DNA of 64,000 bases. It comes from Octopus sinensis (taxonomy: Eukaryota). The notes under the pieces were generated by a model. It had not been told where the DNA came from, searched no databases, and was given only the letters and a program-made list of their open reading frames with translations. Positions 53,371 through 64,000 of the stretch are shown here, in pieces. The first letter of the stretch is position 1. Each line of letters begins with the position of its first letter. The position numbers were made by a program, and so were the translations under genes. The stretch lies in contig NC_043005.1 of assembly GCF_006345805.1 (NCBI RefSeq), positions 82,708,001 through 82,772,000 on the forward strand. Direction: 5' to 3'.

Positions 53371-55623
53371 CGTATATACTGACATTGTTAGAAGTCTATA
53401 CATGCATATATATTAATGAATTATATACACATTGGTATATGTGAGTGTGTGCGTGTGTGTCAGTGTGTTTCTCTGTGTGTATATGTATGGTCTTAATTGT
53501 AACGACATCAATTGAAATGACATAATTCAAACACATTCTAAGGTTCGATGATACACATGATTTGAGTTTTAATAATATTTTAGCAGTCATAACAATATCA
53601 CCAAATTCCTTAACAATGATTGGCTGTATTTCCGATATTAAATACCTTTCTATGTGTGTTCGTTTATTTTGTGTATATTTATGGAAAAAAATGTTCAAAA
53701 TCATTAAAATATATTTATACTTTGAATAAATGTTTGCTATTGTTTTTACCGTTGTTCGTATTCTTTTGTGCTTGTTTTATTATTCTGTTTGCTTATGTGA
53801 TTTATACTACCTCAACAGTCTCTTGATGACGACTTTGTAGTAGCCTTTTAAATTCCAGAAAACGAGAAAAGAACTCAGGGCAGATTTTACTTCAGATAAG
53901 AATCAATGAGGTTTTTCAGCGGATTTTGCCAACGTCTTTCAAATTTTCAGTATCCTTCATGTTGTCGTTTCTAGGTAGAAATCCTTTATATCTACACTTA
54001 GTTCCCCGTTTTATCTACTTAATCTATCATCTACAGCGTAAAACGAAGTGTTCAATATAGCAACATCTCTCTGATCCATTTGTTGAATCAAACCGGTTTT
54101 GTTTAGAACTTAAGTGAAAACTCGTCATTAGCTGTCAGATCATCAAGTTTAGGTAGGTAACATGAAGAATTGTTCACAGGAAGCAAGACTTTAGCTTTAA
54201 TGGCTTTACTCTAACAATATTTTTAACAGTTAAGAAGTAAATCAACGCTGGAACAGACTTTTTCTGATCCACTACTTTTTACTTTATTATCATTTAAAAA
54301 AAAATAAAATTTAGTGTAATCTCCCCTAACTGTTCGTTCGACACTTTGATAAACATCATGTTTCTCTAAATTTGGTGCCCTGCAGCACTAAACACATTAG
54401 CAGATTCATATGAGTTTTGAAACCTGATGCAGTTTTTTTCCCATCTTCAGGAATGTGAATAGGTTTCCGCATTCATATTCTTCCTTCATGTTTTTTTTTT
54501 TTTTGTTAATTTGCTAATTTATTTGTTTGTTCCTTTCCCTTCTTGCTAACTGATAAATTCATACAGTTAGTCCTATTTTGATCTCGAGCTATATTTTAAT
54601 ATTTGACTACCAACCATTGATTTGCTACGTGCACTAGAAGATAGCATAGCATTTAAACAATGCATGGCATCAATCTTTCTGTTCTTCTCCTTAATTCATT
54701 CGTACCAACATTCAACTAATAAGCCTATATAACCTTCTAAATCCAGTAAAAGACGTAATATCGAGAACAATACTCCCTGCAAATCAATGTCATTTTAACT
54801 TAAATGAATGCATTGTTAAATATGTACATTGTTAGAAATCCCTGCTGCTAGGGTCAACTATACTTTAATGCTTACATAATTGCTTTTATTGATATATTTT
54901 ATTACATGCAACTACGACTTCGACAAGAATTTGTATAGGAGTACATTTGCGATGGAAATTTTTCTATTTTTAAATACGTTTAATGTCTTTATGAATAGAC
55001 ATTCTACTCAGTTATGGAACTCAAATTTCACCCCCCACCAAGTTATTTTCAGTGGGGGAAAAAAATAACCTAAGCTGCGTACTTAAGCAAGTTTAAATAT
55101 ACTTTGGTTAGTCACCTGAGAATCCGGAACTGCTGAAGAACTAACCAATAACCACATACCATTTAACAATTATAATGTAAAAGTGTTATACCCGCACCGA
55201 AAATATAACAATTCCATAGCTAAGAATAACAGAAATAAGCCGACGTGTAAGTAAAACACAAACGTTACTCATTAATACAAGTATATATTTGATGTGGAGA
55301 GTGCGTAATATGGAAAGTGACGCTATTACTTTATATAGAAATAAAGGGAAAAACAGGCGAAAATATCGCTATTATCCGTTTTATACTTTGGCTACCCGTA
55401 GCCGTAAAAGGCCAAAAATACTCACCGAAAATTTTCACGATGGAATAACGACATTACAAAACTAGGGGATAATACCCTTAACATCTGTTACAACAGACAT
55501 CCCTCGTTACAACATCTTTATAAATATGTAGATTTCTAGCAGAGCAAAGAGGTCACATCCATGCTGTTTTTAAATGACGAAGAAAGCGATGACATAGTTT
55601 GAAATCGTGTTGCAGCCACCGTA

Positions 55624-56073
55624 AATACATACATACATACATTCACGCATACATACATACATACAAACATACATACATTCATGCATACATACATACATAC
55701 ATACATACATACATACATACATTCACGCATACATACATACATGCATGCATGCATACATACATACATACATACATGCATGCATGCATACATACATACTTAC
55801 ATACATTCATGCATACATACATATATACATACATACATACATACATACATACATACATGCATGCATACATACATACATACATACATGCATACATAGATAC
55901 ATACATACATTCACGCATACATACATACATGCATGCATGCATACATACATACATACATACATACATACATGCATGCATGCATACATACATACTTACATAC
56001 ATTCATGCATACATACATATATACATACATACATACATACATACATACATACAAACGTACATACATACATGCA
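55624..56073. repeat. (ACAT)n/(GCAT)n satellite with a higher-order duplication of about 188 bp
   Basis: The variant pattern TTCACGC..GCATGCAT..ACTTAC..TTCATGC..ATATAC is repeated from about 55722 and about 55910. Confidence 0.9.
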
Positions 56074-56362
56074 TATGAGCAGAGGATTATGGGATTCTTA
56101 TTACGCACACACATACACACATATATATACACAAATTCCTCTGTTCATTTATTCTCATTTGCGTTTCAGCCTAAACGTTGTGATCATGCAGGGGCACACC
56201 TAATGTTATCACATTTCAAATAACCATTTCGTTTTCCATGCTTTTGTTTTTTATGTTCTCGTTTCTCATTTTGTTCACGTTTTTTTGACGCCCTGTACCC
56301 ATATACACATATATGCAGGCATGTGTGTACATATGCACGTATATATATTAATTATATATATG

Positions 56363-56409
<47 letters not shown>

Positions 56410-56421
56410 TATATAATATAC

Positions 56422-56540
<119 letters not shown>

Positions 56541-56619
56541 TAGACAGACAGATAGATATGTATGCATATGGGTATATATATATATATATACGAGAAAGAA
56601 GCAACAAGAATGGATTAGT

Positions 56620-56691
56620 TTTTAGTACAATTGTTTCATACAAAGACAGGCTTTGCAGCAGATAAAAGTGTCCCGTACTCATCAGCTAAAA
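56620..56691 (-). ncRNA. Type-I hammerhead ribozyme, intact core
   Basis: UUUUAG-CUGAUGA-GUACGGGACA(loop)UGUCUUUGUAU-GAAAC AAUU GUA-CUAAAA. Perfect 6-bp stem I, stem II of about 10 bp with G-U pairs, palindrome ACAAUUGU, GUA cleavage site. Confidence 0.82.
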
Positions 56692-57253
56692 TACATATGA
56701 GTTCTCCAAACATCTTAGTGGGTGAGGCTATACTCATGAAGTATTGGAGATAATTTCATTAAAAGCAGATATAGGTTGTAAACAGATTTCCGAAGTTCCT
56801 TAATGATGATGCACAGTCTTATCACAGGTTTTTAAAAAAAGCTTATTAGCTTCACAGAGAAGGTGAATTAATCCGTAGTGTAGATGTAAATTTCCAGAGA
56901 TATGAGGAGGAATTTCATACTCACAGACGATGAATTTATCCATGGTTAATCCGCAATGAGGTGGGTATCATTTCATGCTATATGATAAGGCATTTGCCAC
57001 ATTACTGTTCCTTTCACAAGACTGCTAAGTTATGACTTCTAAAGGCTGAAGGAATTTTTTGTGGAGCAAAGAAAAGAAAAGAAAGGAAAGAGAAGAAAAG
57101 AGACAAGGAAAGGGAAAAAGAAAAAAGAAAAAGGAAAAAGAAGAAAGAAAGAAAAAAGAAAAAAGAAAAAAGGAAAAGAAATACCAAAAACCAAGGCAAG
57201 ATAACTATCTCGAGCCATTTATAATAATTCAAATAGGGTAAGGTGAATTTGAA

Positions 57254-57330
57254 GTCTTACAGCTGTTTCTGTGATATCCCAAGTGTTAGGCTAGCGTCTC
57301 CGTACAACGTGTATTTCCCTCATCAGAGAC
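57254..57330 (-). ncRNA. Type-I hammerhead ribozyme, intact core, weakened stem II
   Basis: GUCU-CUGAUGA-GGGAAAU...AUAUCACA-GAAAC AGCU GUA-AGAC. 4-bp stem I, palindrome ACAGCUGU. Confidence 0.72.
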
Positions 57331-58517
57331 AAGGTTCTAGACAAGGAAATTCACAGATTATAGAAGAATAAAGATTAAAAGAAGAAAGAAGTATTCATAC
57401 AAGAGCATAACGTTTACAGTTCATCTTTTTCCAGAGGGCATGGAGATTTGTCAGTACGTCCATGAAGGCTGATGCCCTTAGGTATAATCCCAGTTAAATA
57501 CAGGCATTATTTTGGTAGTATTTTGAATGATACGTTCACGTTGAAGTGGTTAGCTAGTATGCAAATGGTCGGCATGGATATATAGAGTGAGAAAGACAGA
57601 CATAAATATATTCAGATGCGGGTTGCGAGTGAGTGGATAGAAAAGAGAGGAGAAAGACAGGGAAAAGAAAGAAAAGACAGGAATGGGATGGGTGCGGGAA
57701 GGAATGAAAGAGAGCGAAAGTAAAGTAAAATCAAAAATCAAAATATAAAATCAAAATTAAAAAAAAATACGAAATACAAATAAAAAGAATAATGATAGTG
57801 ATAAGATGCCAGTATTATTCTTCGTAAGTGTCGGTTCTGGGTAAGTGGTCAGGCATTAAGGTTTTGGTAAAGTGGAAGAGGAAGATATTTATATCTCTTT
57901 GTTAAATAGACGAAATCTAGGTCACGTGTAGTCAGTGGTCAGTACGGATAGCTAAGAATAGATGCATAGCTTAAGGGGGGTACATAGTGAATAAAACTAC
58001 AATTAAATGTATAATGGAACAAATTAAAGAATTAAAATTTAAGTTAAAAGTTGAATTAAAAATTAAACATTAAAAAATTAAAAATTTAAATTTAAGTAGT
58101 TAAAGCTAGGTAGTTTCTAAGGTATTTATGTTAATAGAGAAGAAAAGGAAAGGAGAAGTGTAGGTACTGAAACGAATGTGGATGCATATAGGCAAGTGTT
58201 ATACGTGGTGATTTTGACGGTATCTCTTGTCTTCCTTTTCCCCCTAATGTATACCTACTTTAAACTTTTCGGTTGCATATTTGTGTGATATAAAATGTTG
58301 TTTTTTTTTGGGGGGGGGAATAGAAAAAAGTCTATCTTTATTTCTTCTTTTGCTGGTTTCTCAAATTTAGGTTAAATCAATGTTTCTCAAAAGGGAGGCC
58401 CATGGGACGGTCGGACAAGTTGTTTTGAGAAAATTTGGTTTAAATGTTTGACAACTCAGCACCGTCCATTGGACAGGGGGCGTTTTGCTCGTATATATAT
58501 ATATATATATATATATA

Positions 58518-59052
58518 ATCAAAATAAGCAACAAGATATCAAGTATCAAGTAGTGACGCAATACAACCGCTTGAAGCGGCTCCATTTAATTAAACAATGC
58601 AATCATTACACCAATTTAGCTGCACATATAAATAAATGGAATTTTAACAAGTAGGACACATTAATATAATCATTCTTAGATATTTTAAAAGAGCAAGAAG
58701 ATAGAAGAAATTCATGTTGTCACTGTAGCTATGAATAGACCACACCTAAGAATCATCGCATGGAGTATAGAGTATGGAGCATAGACTATGCTCCATGCGA
58801 TTCTTAGAAGTTGTAATCTACTCTTAGCTGCAGTAGCTACAACATGAATATCTTCCAGCTTCTTGGTCTTTTAAAATATTTAATAAAGATTATATTAATG
58901 TGTCCAACTTGTTAAAATTCCGTTTATTTATTTGTGCAGCTGAAAATGGCACCACATTTAAATTGATGTAATGATTGCATTGTTCAATTAAATGGAACCG
59001 CTTGAAACGGTCGTACTACATCACAACTTGATATTCTGTTGCTTATTTTGAT
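58518..59052. repeat. 535-bp imperfect palindrome made of two Penelope pLTR fragments
   Basis: ATCAAAATAAGCAACAAGATATCAAG.. versus ..CTTGATATTCTGTTGCTTATTTTGAT. Perfect central hairpin ATGGAGCATAG-A-CTATGCTCCAT (58774-58796). The arms are homologous to 30523-30690. HHR-like motif at 58934-59021 (+). Confidence 0.88.
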
Positions 59053-59744
59053 GTTATTCACTTCACTTTGGGCTGTGCGGATAATATCGGACTGACTTGG
59101 TGCGTCAACTTAAGTGCCTAATTCAAATGAATCTCAGTTATTTCTTATATATATATATGTGTGTGTGTATGTGTGTGTGTGTGTATGTAAGTATCTATTT
59201 ATATGTATATGTATATGCATGTATACTTATATATATGGATGTATGTGTGCATATGTATGTATCAGTTTACGTGTTTGCTTCCTGTCATGAGTATTTATTT
59301 GAACATATCTGATATTTATATATTCTAATAATATCGATTTATATTTATATTAGATAATTATCATCTTGATAGGACTTGTATCTCACTATCTCGGAAACCA
59401 TATGATTTTTATGAGAATTACAATTTACAAGTCGTAAACTTCTTATTCATATCGTAATTTTGATATCGAAATTACATGTTTGATTTCTAAATATATATTA
59501 TCTAATTGCATACGTATGTATTGTTTCTGTTTAGTCAGTCAATTTTAAAATGTACTGTCTTATATTTCATTCTATTCTTATTTCTCTTAACAGACTTGAT
59601 TAGTAAGAATTTACACAATCTTTAGACACATTTAGTTTTATCTTTGTCCAAAACCATTTACAAGTTTCATAAGCAGCCAATTCACTTACGCTTTACAACC
59701 TTATGCTATCAAAACTTATCTTCGTATGTTATGAGTATATACGC

Positions 59745-60189
59745 TGGCGTGGCAGTGCGGTATATATCTCGCTTTCCTAACTAGAGGGTTCTAGTTTCTG
59801 TCCCATTGACCGACACCTTGGGTAAGTATATTTTACTATATCCTTGGGCCGAATAATCCTTGTGAGTGAATTTGATAGACGTTGAGAGGAATTCTTTGGG
59901 GCTTGTGAATTCTTGTGAGTGGATTTGATAGATGTTGAGAGGAATTATTTGGGGCTGGAATAATTCACCAATGGAAAGAGGAGTGTTTCGTTCAACATCC
60001 TTAAACAACACTTATTCAAGGACCCTTTGAGGTCTGAAGAAAATTGTAATTTCATGCGTTATTTATCTTCTGTTCATGGTGTATCCATATCAGACGGGTA
60101 GTCCTGATGAATATACTGGGCTTCGTATATTTTAACCCAGTGTCACTTTAATAGCATGCACAGCTCTCTCACTCAATAATAATAATAAT
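59745..60189 (+). mobile_element. Decayed SINE with a family-A-like head, an internal duplication of about 54 bp and a different 3' end with an (AAT)n tail
   Basis: GGCGTGGCAGTGCGGTA..ACACCTTGGGTAAGT..CTTGTGAGTGAATTTGATAGA (x2)..CTCTCTCACTCAATAATAATAATAAT. Confidence 0.55.
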
Positions 60190-60884
60190 ATATTTATACA
60201 CACATACACACACACGCGCGCACATGTATGTATGTATGTATGTATGTGTCTATGTATCTATGTATGTATCGTAACTTTCCTATTAATAGATATTGATAGT
60301 TTTATTACATTTGGCCTGAATGGTGTTTTTGTTGAACTACATGATAAAACCTCTTCAAAATTAAATTTAGTTTCCTTTACAATATCAATTTGGATTTGCG
60401 ACCTTAAGAGAGCGGGGAAATTTTCAACGCCTGCCTTAGTCATGCATAAAACTTGACAATATTGCCTTGAAATTTAAAAGTTGAACCTATGTATAAATTC
60501 TGTTCCCTCTCAAAAATACAATAAAATGTCTAACGTCGTTCCATTTCACAACTGCTTGGAAGTATGCAAACTTGTGAATAAAATATAATATCAGTCGTTT
60601 ATAATGTCAGTCGTTTATATATGAGATTATATATCTCAGGCGTCAATCTTATGTTTATGAAGACCTGTCTTTAAACGTCTTATGATTATTTAATTCCTAA
60701 AGTGCGTTCTTGCCTCAACAAATAGGTTATAGTTTGTGTATCTTTCCAGCAATAATGCATGAATTACTCGTGGAATCCTCAATAGATCAGAGATCGACCA
60801 ATATGTCTATTTTAAAATTTTCTGAATGAATACAATGTAACCTTTTTTTAAATGAATTAAGCATAGTATACATATATATACATA

Positions 60885-62180
60885 CGAGGGACGTTCAATA
60901 AGTAATGCCCCTGACCCACTTGCAGTTGTTTGATCTAGCTGAAATTTTGCATGTGCAATTATTTATATCTCTATAGATTAAGTAGCAAATTACAGCTCTG
61001 AATTAATTGTGGTTTCTGATTTACAGGTGTTTGAACTGAGTCAAGTGTGAAATGGAGCCTGTTGAGTGTCGAGCAGTAATCCGGTTTTTGTATTTGAAAG
61101 AACGCATACCACACCACGGGAGACTTTTCATGAAATGAAAGTAACTTATGGTGATGAAGCCCCATCATATGACCTTGTAAAACGCTGGCATCATGAATTC
61201 AAACTTGGTCGGAACTCTGTGGAAACAGCTCTCAGATCTGGTCGCCCCACTTCTGCCATTGATGAGGCATCTGTCCGTCAAGTTGAGGCTGCCATTTTGG
61301 AAGATCGACGCATAGCTATTCGCCAAATAGCCCATGAGGTCAAGATTAGTACCGGGTTTGTGGAAACTATCATTCATGACCATTTGCATATACAAAACGT
61401 GTCTGCCAGATGGATTCCCAGGTTGCTCACACCTTTCCAGAAGCAAGAACGCGTCGAGTGCTCGAGGATGAATTTGGAGATGTGCCAAGAAGATGAGTCA
61501 AAATTTTTCAAAAGACTGATTACACAGGGTAAAACCTGGGTCCATCACGATGATCCAGAGACCAAAGCCCAGTCAATGCAGTGGAAGCAGCGTGACTCAC
61601 CTCCTCCAAGAAAGGCAAGGGTGCAACCCTCGCTGGCAAGGTCATGCTCACAGTCTTCTGGGACCAGGACGGAGTAGTCATGACAGATTTCCTGGCAAAG
61701 GGTACCACAATTACAGGAGCCTATTATGCTTCACTTTTGAGGAAATTAAGAGAAACTATCAAAATCAAGAGGCGGATCAAGATTAGCAAAGGCATCCTCC
61801 TCCTTCAGGACAACGCTCCGGTCCACAACTTGCTTGTCACCAGATCAGAAGCACAGCCGTACGGCTAAGAACTCCTACCCCATTTCGCCTACTCTCCTGA
61901 CCTTGCACCCTCTGATTTTCACCTCTTCCCAGCCATGAAGTTGTTTTTGAAAAGAAAGCGTTTCCCAGATGATACAGCCTTGATTTCTGAAGTCACGTCG
62001 TGGTTGGAGGACCAAGCTGGGGTCTTCTACAAAAACGGTCTCCAGAGCTGCTTCAACGATGGAAGAAATGCGTAACTCTGGGTGGTTCCTATGTAGAAAA
62101 AGTCTAATAACTGTGCCAAGTTTCGTTGCTCTACTGCTATGGGAAGTGGGTCAGGGGCATTACTTATTGAACGCCCCTCG
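60885..62180 (+). mobile_element. Full-length mariner transposon (1296 bp), 37-bp TIRs, TA TSD
   Basis: CGAGGGACGTTCAATAAGTAATGCCCCTGACCCACTT (60885-60921) versus the reverse complement of 62144-62180 (1 mismatch). TA at 60883-84 and 62181-82. Inserted in (TACA)n. Confidence 0.97.
61052..62107 (+). pseudogene. DD34D mariner transposase pseudogene
   Basis: MEPVECRAVIRFLYLK / ..RSGRP..SARWIPRLL..ITQGKTW (first D lost) / MLTVFWD..QDNAPVH..YG*ELLPHFAYSPDLAPSDFHLF..RWKKCV..YVEKV*. D-34-D spacing counted. At least 3 frameshifts and 1 stop. Confidence 0.95.
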
Positions 62181-62212
<32 letters not shown>

Positions 62213-62249
62213 TATTTATATTATTATTATTATATTATATCATATTATA

Positions 62250-62864
62250 TCAATATATATAAAACTCAACTTGTCTGTTTGTATGTGTATATGTGCGTGT
62301 GTCTGTGTGTTTAACTTCCAGGCACATCTCCTCCTAGCCAACAAATCATAGAACCACCAAAAATGGGCCGCTTAAAGTTTAGGTGAATGAAAATTGAACT
62401 GCGCTATTTTTGTTCCGAAATTCATCTCGCAAGTGCAAAAATCGATAATGTGTTTGTTTAGGCCTTATCCCATGCATTGAATAGTGAACTTTACTCAGTC
62501 AGCTGTTTGACGTGAACTATGTTCACCACGCGTGCAAGCATGCGTAAATTGCATGAAAAATGAAAAAATTCAAGATATAAAAACGAATCGCCGTAAACAT
62601 TGTAGAAATTCGGCAAATAAATGAATTTTCGGGATGTAGCCTGGAGGGTTTTTTCGTATTAATCGTTTGGACTTTGTGAACACATACCAATTGTTTTCAT
62701 AACATTTTTAACGCTTTGAATTAAATGTGACCATTTTGCGTTGAGTCTACAGTTTGAATCACTTTAACCAAATTTTAGCAGGTCGGATTTTTGATCATCA
62801 CGATACATCGCCAGCGACTCCCTGAAACTCTCCCCTGAAATGCCCGTTGAGAAATACTGATCTA
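62250..62864 (+). mobile_element. Non-autonomous Helitron, same family as 34019-34647, damaged 3' hairpin
   Basis: A|TCAATATATATAAAACTCAAC... aligns along its length with the reverse complement of 34019-34647. The CCGGG arm of the hairpin is deleted. Confidence 0.85.
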
Positions 62865-63025
62865 AAAGAATAATTCAACAATGCAATTATTTGATCAACA
62901 AAAATTGATGAAACGCTTCTACGTACTTCCTATTGAGGAAATGGAACACATAAGCGCAAAAATAGAGGGTATTAAATGCTTGATTTTACAACCAAAATAT
63001 ATGCATGTATATAAAAAAATATATA

Positions 63026-63066
<41 letters not shown>

Positions 63067-63400
63067 TATATATATATAGAGTATGTATATATATATATTT
63101 ATTATATATATATATATATATATTATTCTATATATATATATATATATGTATGTATTATATATTAATTATATATATATATATAATATTATATATATGTATG
63201 TATATATGTATGCATATATTATGTAGCAATTGATCGCTTATGCTCGCTCTTTTCACAGTCAAAACCTCTTCCAGCACATTATATAATGATATATATGATT
63301 GCGCATGTATTTCTATGTTGGAAATATGGGTGTGCATGGTGTGTGTTGTGTGTGTGTGTGTGTGTGTCTGTGTGTGTGCACAAAATTTATACACACACAC

Positions 63401-63439
<39 letters not shown>

Positions 63440-63683
63440 ATACACACATACACATATATATGTATGTATATATATATATATATATATTATGTGAAATAGA
63501 AAGATGAATAATCTTGTAGTAGATTAATCAAAAGTTTAACCGATACCTTAGTAGCAAAAATCACGGTTGGAGGTACAACCATCTGGCGTTGCAACCGTGC
63601 GTTGGTGCGGATAATTGAAATTAAAACATTATTGGTGAATTGAAGAAATGGAGCTGAACGCAGATTGAACAGAAATCGTTTTA

Positions 63684-63773
63684 TTTCATTCTACACGTGT
63701 TTCGAAAGGCACAAATTACCAAAATCCGATTGAATAATGGGACCATATTGTGTCTTTCTCTTCAGGAAGAAAA
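63684..63773 (-). ncRNA. Type-I hammerhead ribozyme, intact core
   Basis: UUUUCUUC-CUGAAGA-GAAAGACACAA(loop)UUGUGCCUUUC-GAAAC ACGU GUA-GAAUGAAA. Stem II 11 bp with 1 mismatch and canonical G10.1-C11.1. Palindrome ACACGUGU. AAUAAA follows immediately. Confidence 0.85.
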
Positions 63774-64000
63774 AAGGAAATCCGTTGGAAAAACAAAAAC
63801 AGAACAGAGGCGGAGCAAAAAACAAATCGAACTGTGCTCCTAAGAGCCCATGGCGAAAATGTTTATCAGTGTATGTTGAGAACCGGTGGCTGAAGAATTC
63901 AACGGTCAGGCATCGGTCAATCATGTGGGTGAGGGTGTATAGATGTTCTTTGTGACCGAGAATAAAGTTCTGACTATTTAAGGAATATTGGATGTTTTAT

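Overview
This is a 64-kb, AT-rich, microsatellite-saturated animal genomic window. The SINE families and repeat landscape look like an octopus (coleoid cephalopod) genome; that assignment is an inference. I found no credible host protein-coding gene, rRNA, true tRNA or CRISPR array, and most ORF-track entries are translated microsatellites. The window is intergenic or intronic and is made of transposon fossils. DNA transposons: a hAT transposase pseudogene, a full-length DD34D mariner with 37-bp TIRs, a DD41D remnant, a pogo/Tigger remnant and three non-autonomous Helitrons. Retroelements: RTE, CR1 and Tx1/L1-like LINE fragments, Penelope-like (GIY-YIG) fragments and two tRNA-derived SINE families. 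The most striking hidden signal is about ten type-I hammerhead ribozyme (HHR) motifs with self-complementary stem III, from several repeat families. Three have intact catalytic cores (56620-56691, 57254-57330, 63684-63773). One family consistently carries a non-canonical CUGUNGA (A6U) core. One pair of HHR-bearing termini forms a 535-bp palindrome. A Meta-type SINE shares its 43-nt 3' tail with a Tx1/L1-like LINE in the same window. All folding and alignment was done by eye and has not been verified computationally.
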